This document shows, one piece after another, positions 63,314 to 64,000 of a stretch of 64,000 nucleotides of DNA. Made by a program: the position numbers and the translations under genes. This DNA comes from Branchiostoma floridae (Eukaryota), in assembly GCF_015852565.1 (NCBI RefSeq), contig NC_136205.1:3130707-3194706 (forward strand), written 5' to 3'. A model generated the notes under the pieces. The model was not told the DNA's origin. It saw only the letters and a program-made list of their open reading frames with translations, and ran no database searches. How positions within the stretch are numbered: the stretch's first letter is position 1; each line of letters starts with the position of its first letter.

Positions 63314-63433
63314 CTGTGGTTGCATAGGCATGGCTGGAAACGCAGGTCCAGCTACAGGCGGGTACTGGCCCGCCATCGCCATCGGGCCTTTCTGTTCCTG
63401 TGTTGGGTCAGCCGCTGGGTGCACGGACGCCAT
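63314..63433 (-). CDS. PLAC8-family gene B, exon 1 (MASVHPAADPTQEQKGPMAMAGQYPPVAGPAFPAMPMQPQ).
   Basis: The ATG at 63431-63433 has a caaaATGG context. The donor is CAG|GTAAAAC. It is paralogous to gene A exon 1 (DPTQ..KG...PMQ.Q). Confidence 0.7.
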
Positions 63434-63524
63434 TTTGAAACCCTCCTTAAGTTCTAGCAAAAAACAAACTGATCTAAAATTTCTACAAACCCCTCAAAAC
63501 TATATATGTTATGCTAGTTCAGCT

Positions 63525-63735
63525 TTATCCGAAGGGTAACCGATATCTGTTGTTAAAACAAATAGGGCATACATGGTATCTAGGGATACCAAGTCAACGG
63601 ACGGTGGTTTCAAACTACAATATTTTGAAAATTGGAAATATTTTGAAAATGTCGTAGTTTGAAACCAACTGCCATCGACTTGATATCCGTCAATACCCTG
63701 TTTTCAAATGCAACGGATAAAGGTTACCCCACGGA
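63525..63735. mobile_element. Foldback/MITE family 2 copy. It ends about 90 bp upstream of the PLAC8-B start codon.
   Basis: The arm gggtaaccgatatctgttg...gggataccaagtcaacggacggtgg pairs with its reverse complement. Confidence 0.8.
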
Positions 63736-64000
63736 TGAAGGGAACTATGGTTCGACTGAGATACCTACCACTAGTAGCGAAAATATACCAATAACTTGCA
63801 CTGAAGCCAAACCTGCAAGTAAACGTTTGAGCTTTTCGTGAAAAACCAGACAGCTACCAAACGTTAACGGCCTTTAGACCATGTAGTCATCAACACGTTA
63901 CCAAAGTCTGTTGACTATGGTGATGACCTATCCCTCTTACGGGCTGCCAAAGGTAATACACAGCGTCAATGAAGTATCAATAGGTAACTAGTGAAACACT

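Overview
This is eukaryotic genomic DNA, not prokaryotic. It has spliceosomal introns with GT/AG boundaries, many microsatellites and minisatellites, tRNA-derived SINEs, and numerous foldback/MITE elements. The overall flavour, including expanded TPR families, fits a marine invertebrate deuterostome such as a cephalochordate, but that is a guess. There are no operons or CRISPR arrays. The ORF track uses bacterial-style alternative start codons (TTG translated as M at 48304), so the listed M residues are unreliable as true starts.

Four protein-coding loci are well supported:
1. A minus-strand exon of about 3.5 kb encodes a minimal Pol-beta-type nucleotidyltransferase-like motif followed by about 17 near-identical 42-aa kinesin-light-chain-type TPR repeats.
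2. A minus-strand multi-exon gene encodes a type I membrane protein with SRCR (split over two exons), WSC, CUB, a transmembrane helix and a cytoplasmic tail. This is a Kremen-like architecture with SRCR in place of the kringle. All its junctions are phase 1.
3. An intronless plus-strand class A aminergic GPCR (alpha2-adrenergic / octopamine / 5-HT1-like).
4. Two tandem minus-strand 4-exon paralogs of the PLAC8 (cornifelin) family.

The rest is dense with interspersed and tandem repeats. At least six MITE/foldback families are present, several of them sitting in introns or immediately upstream of the genes.
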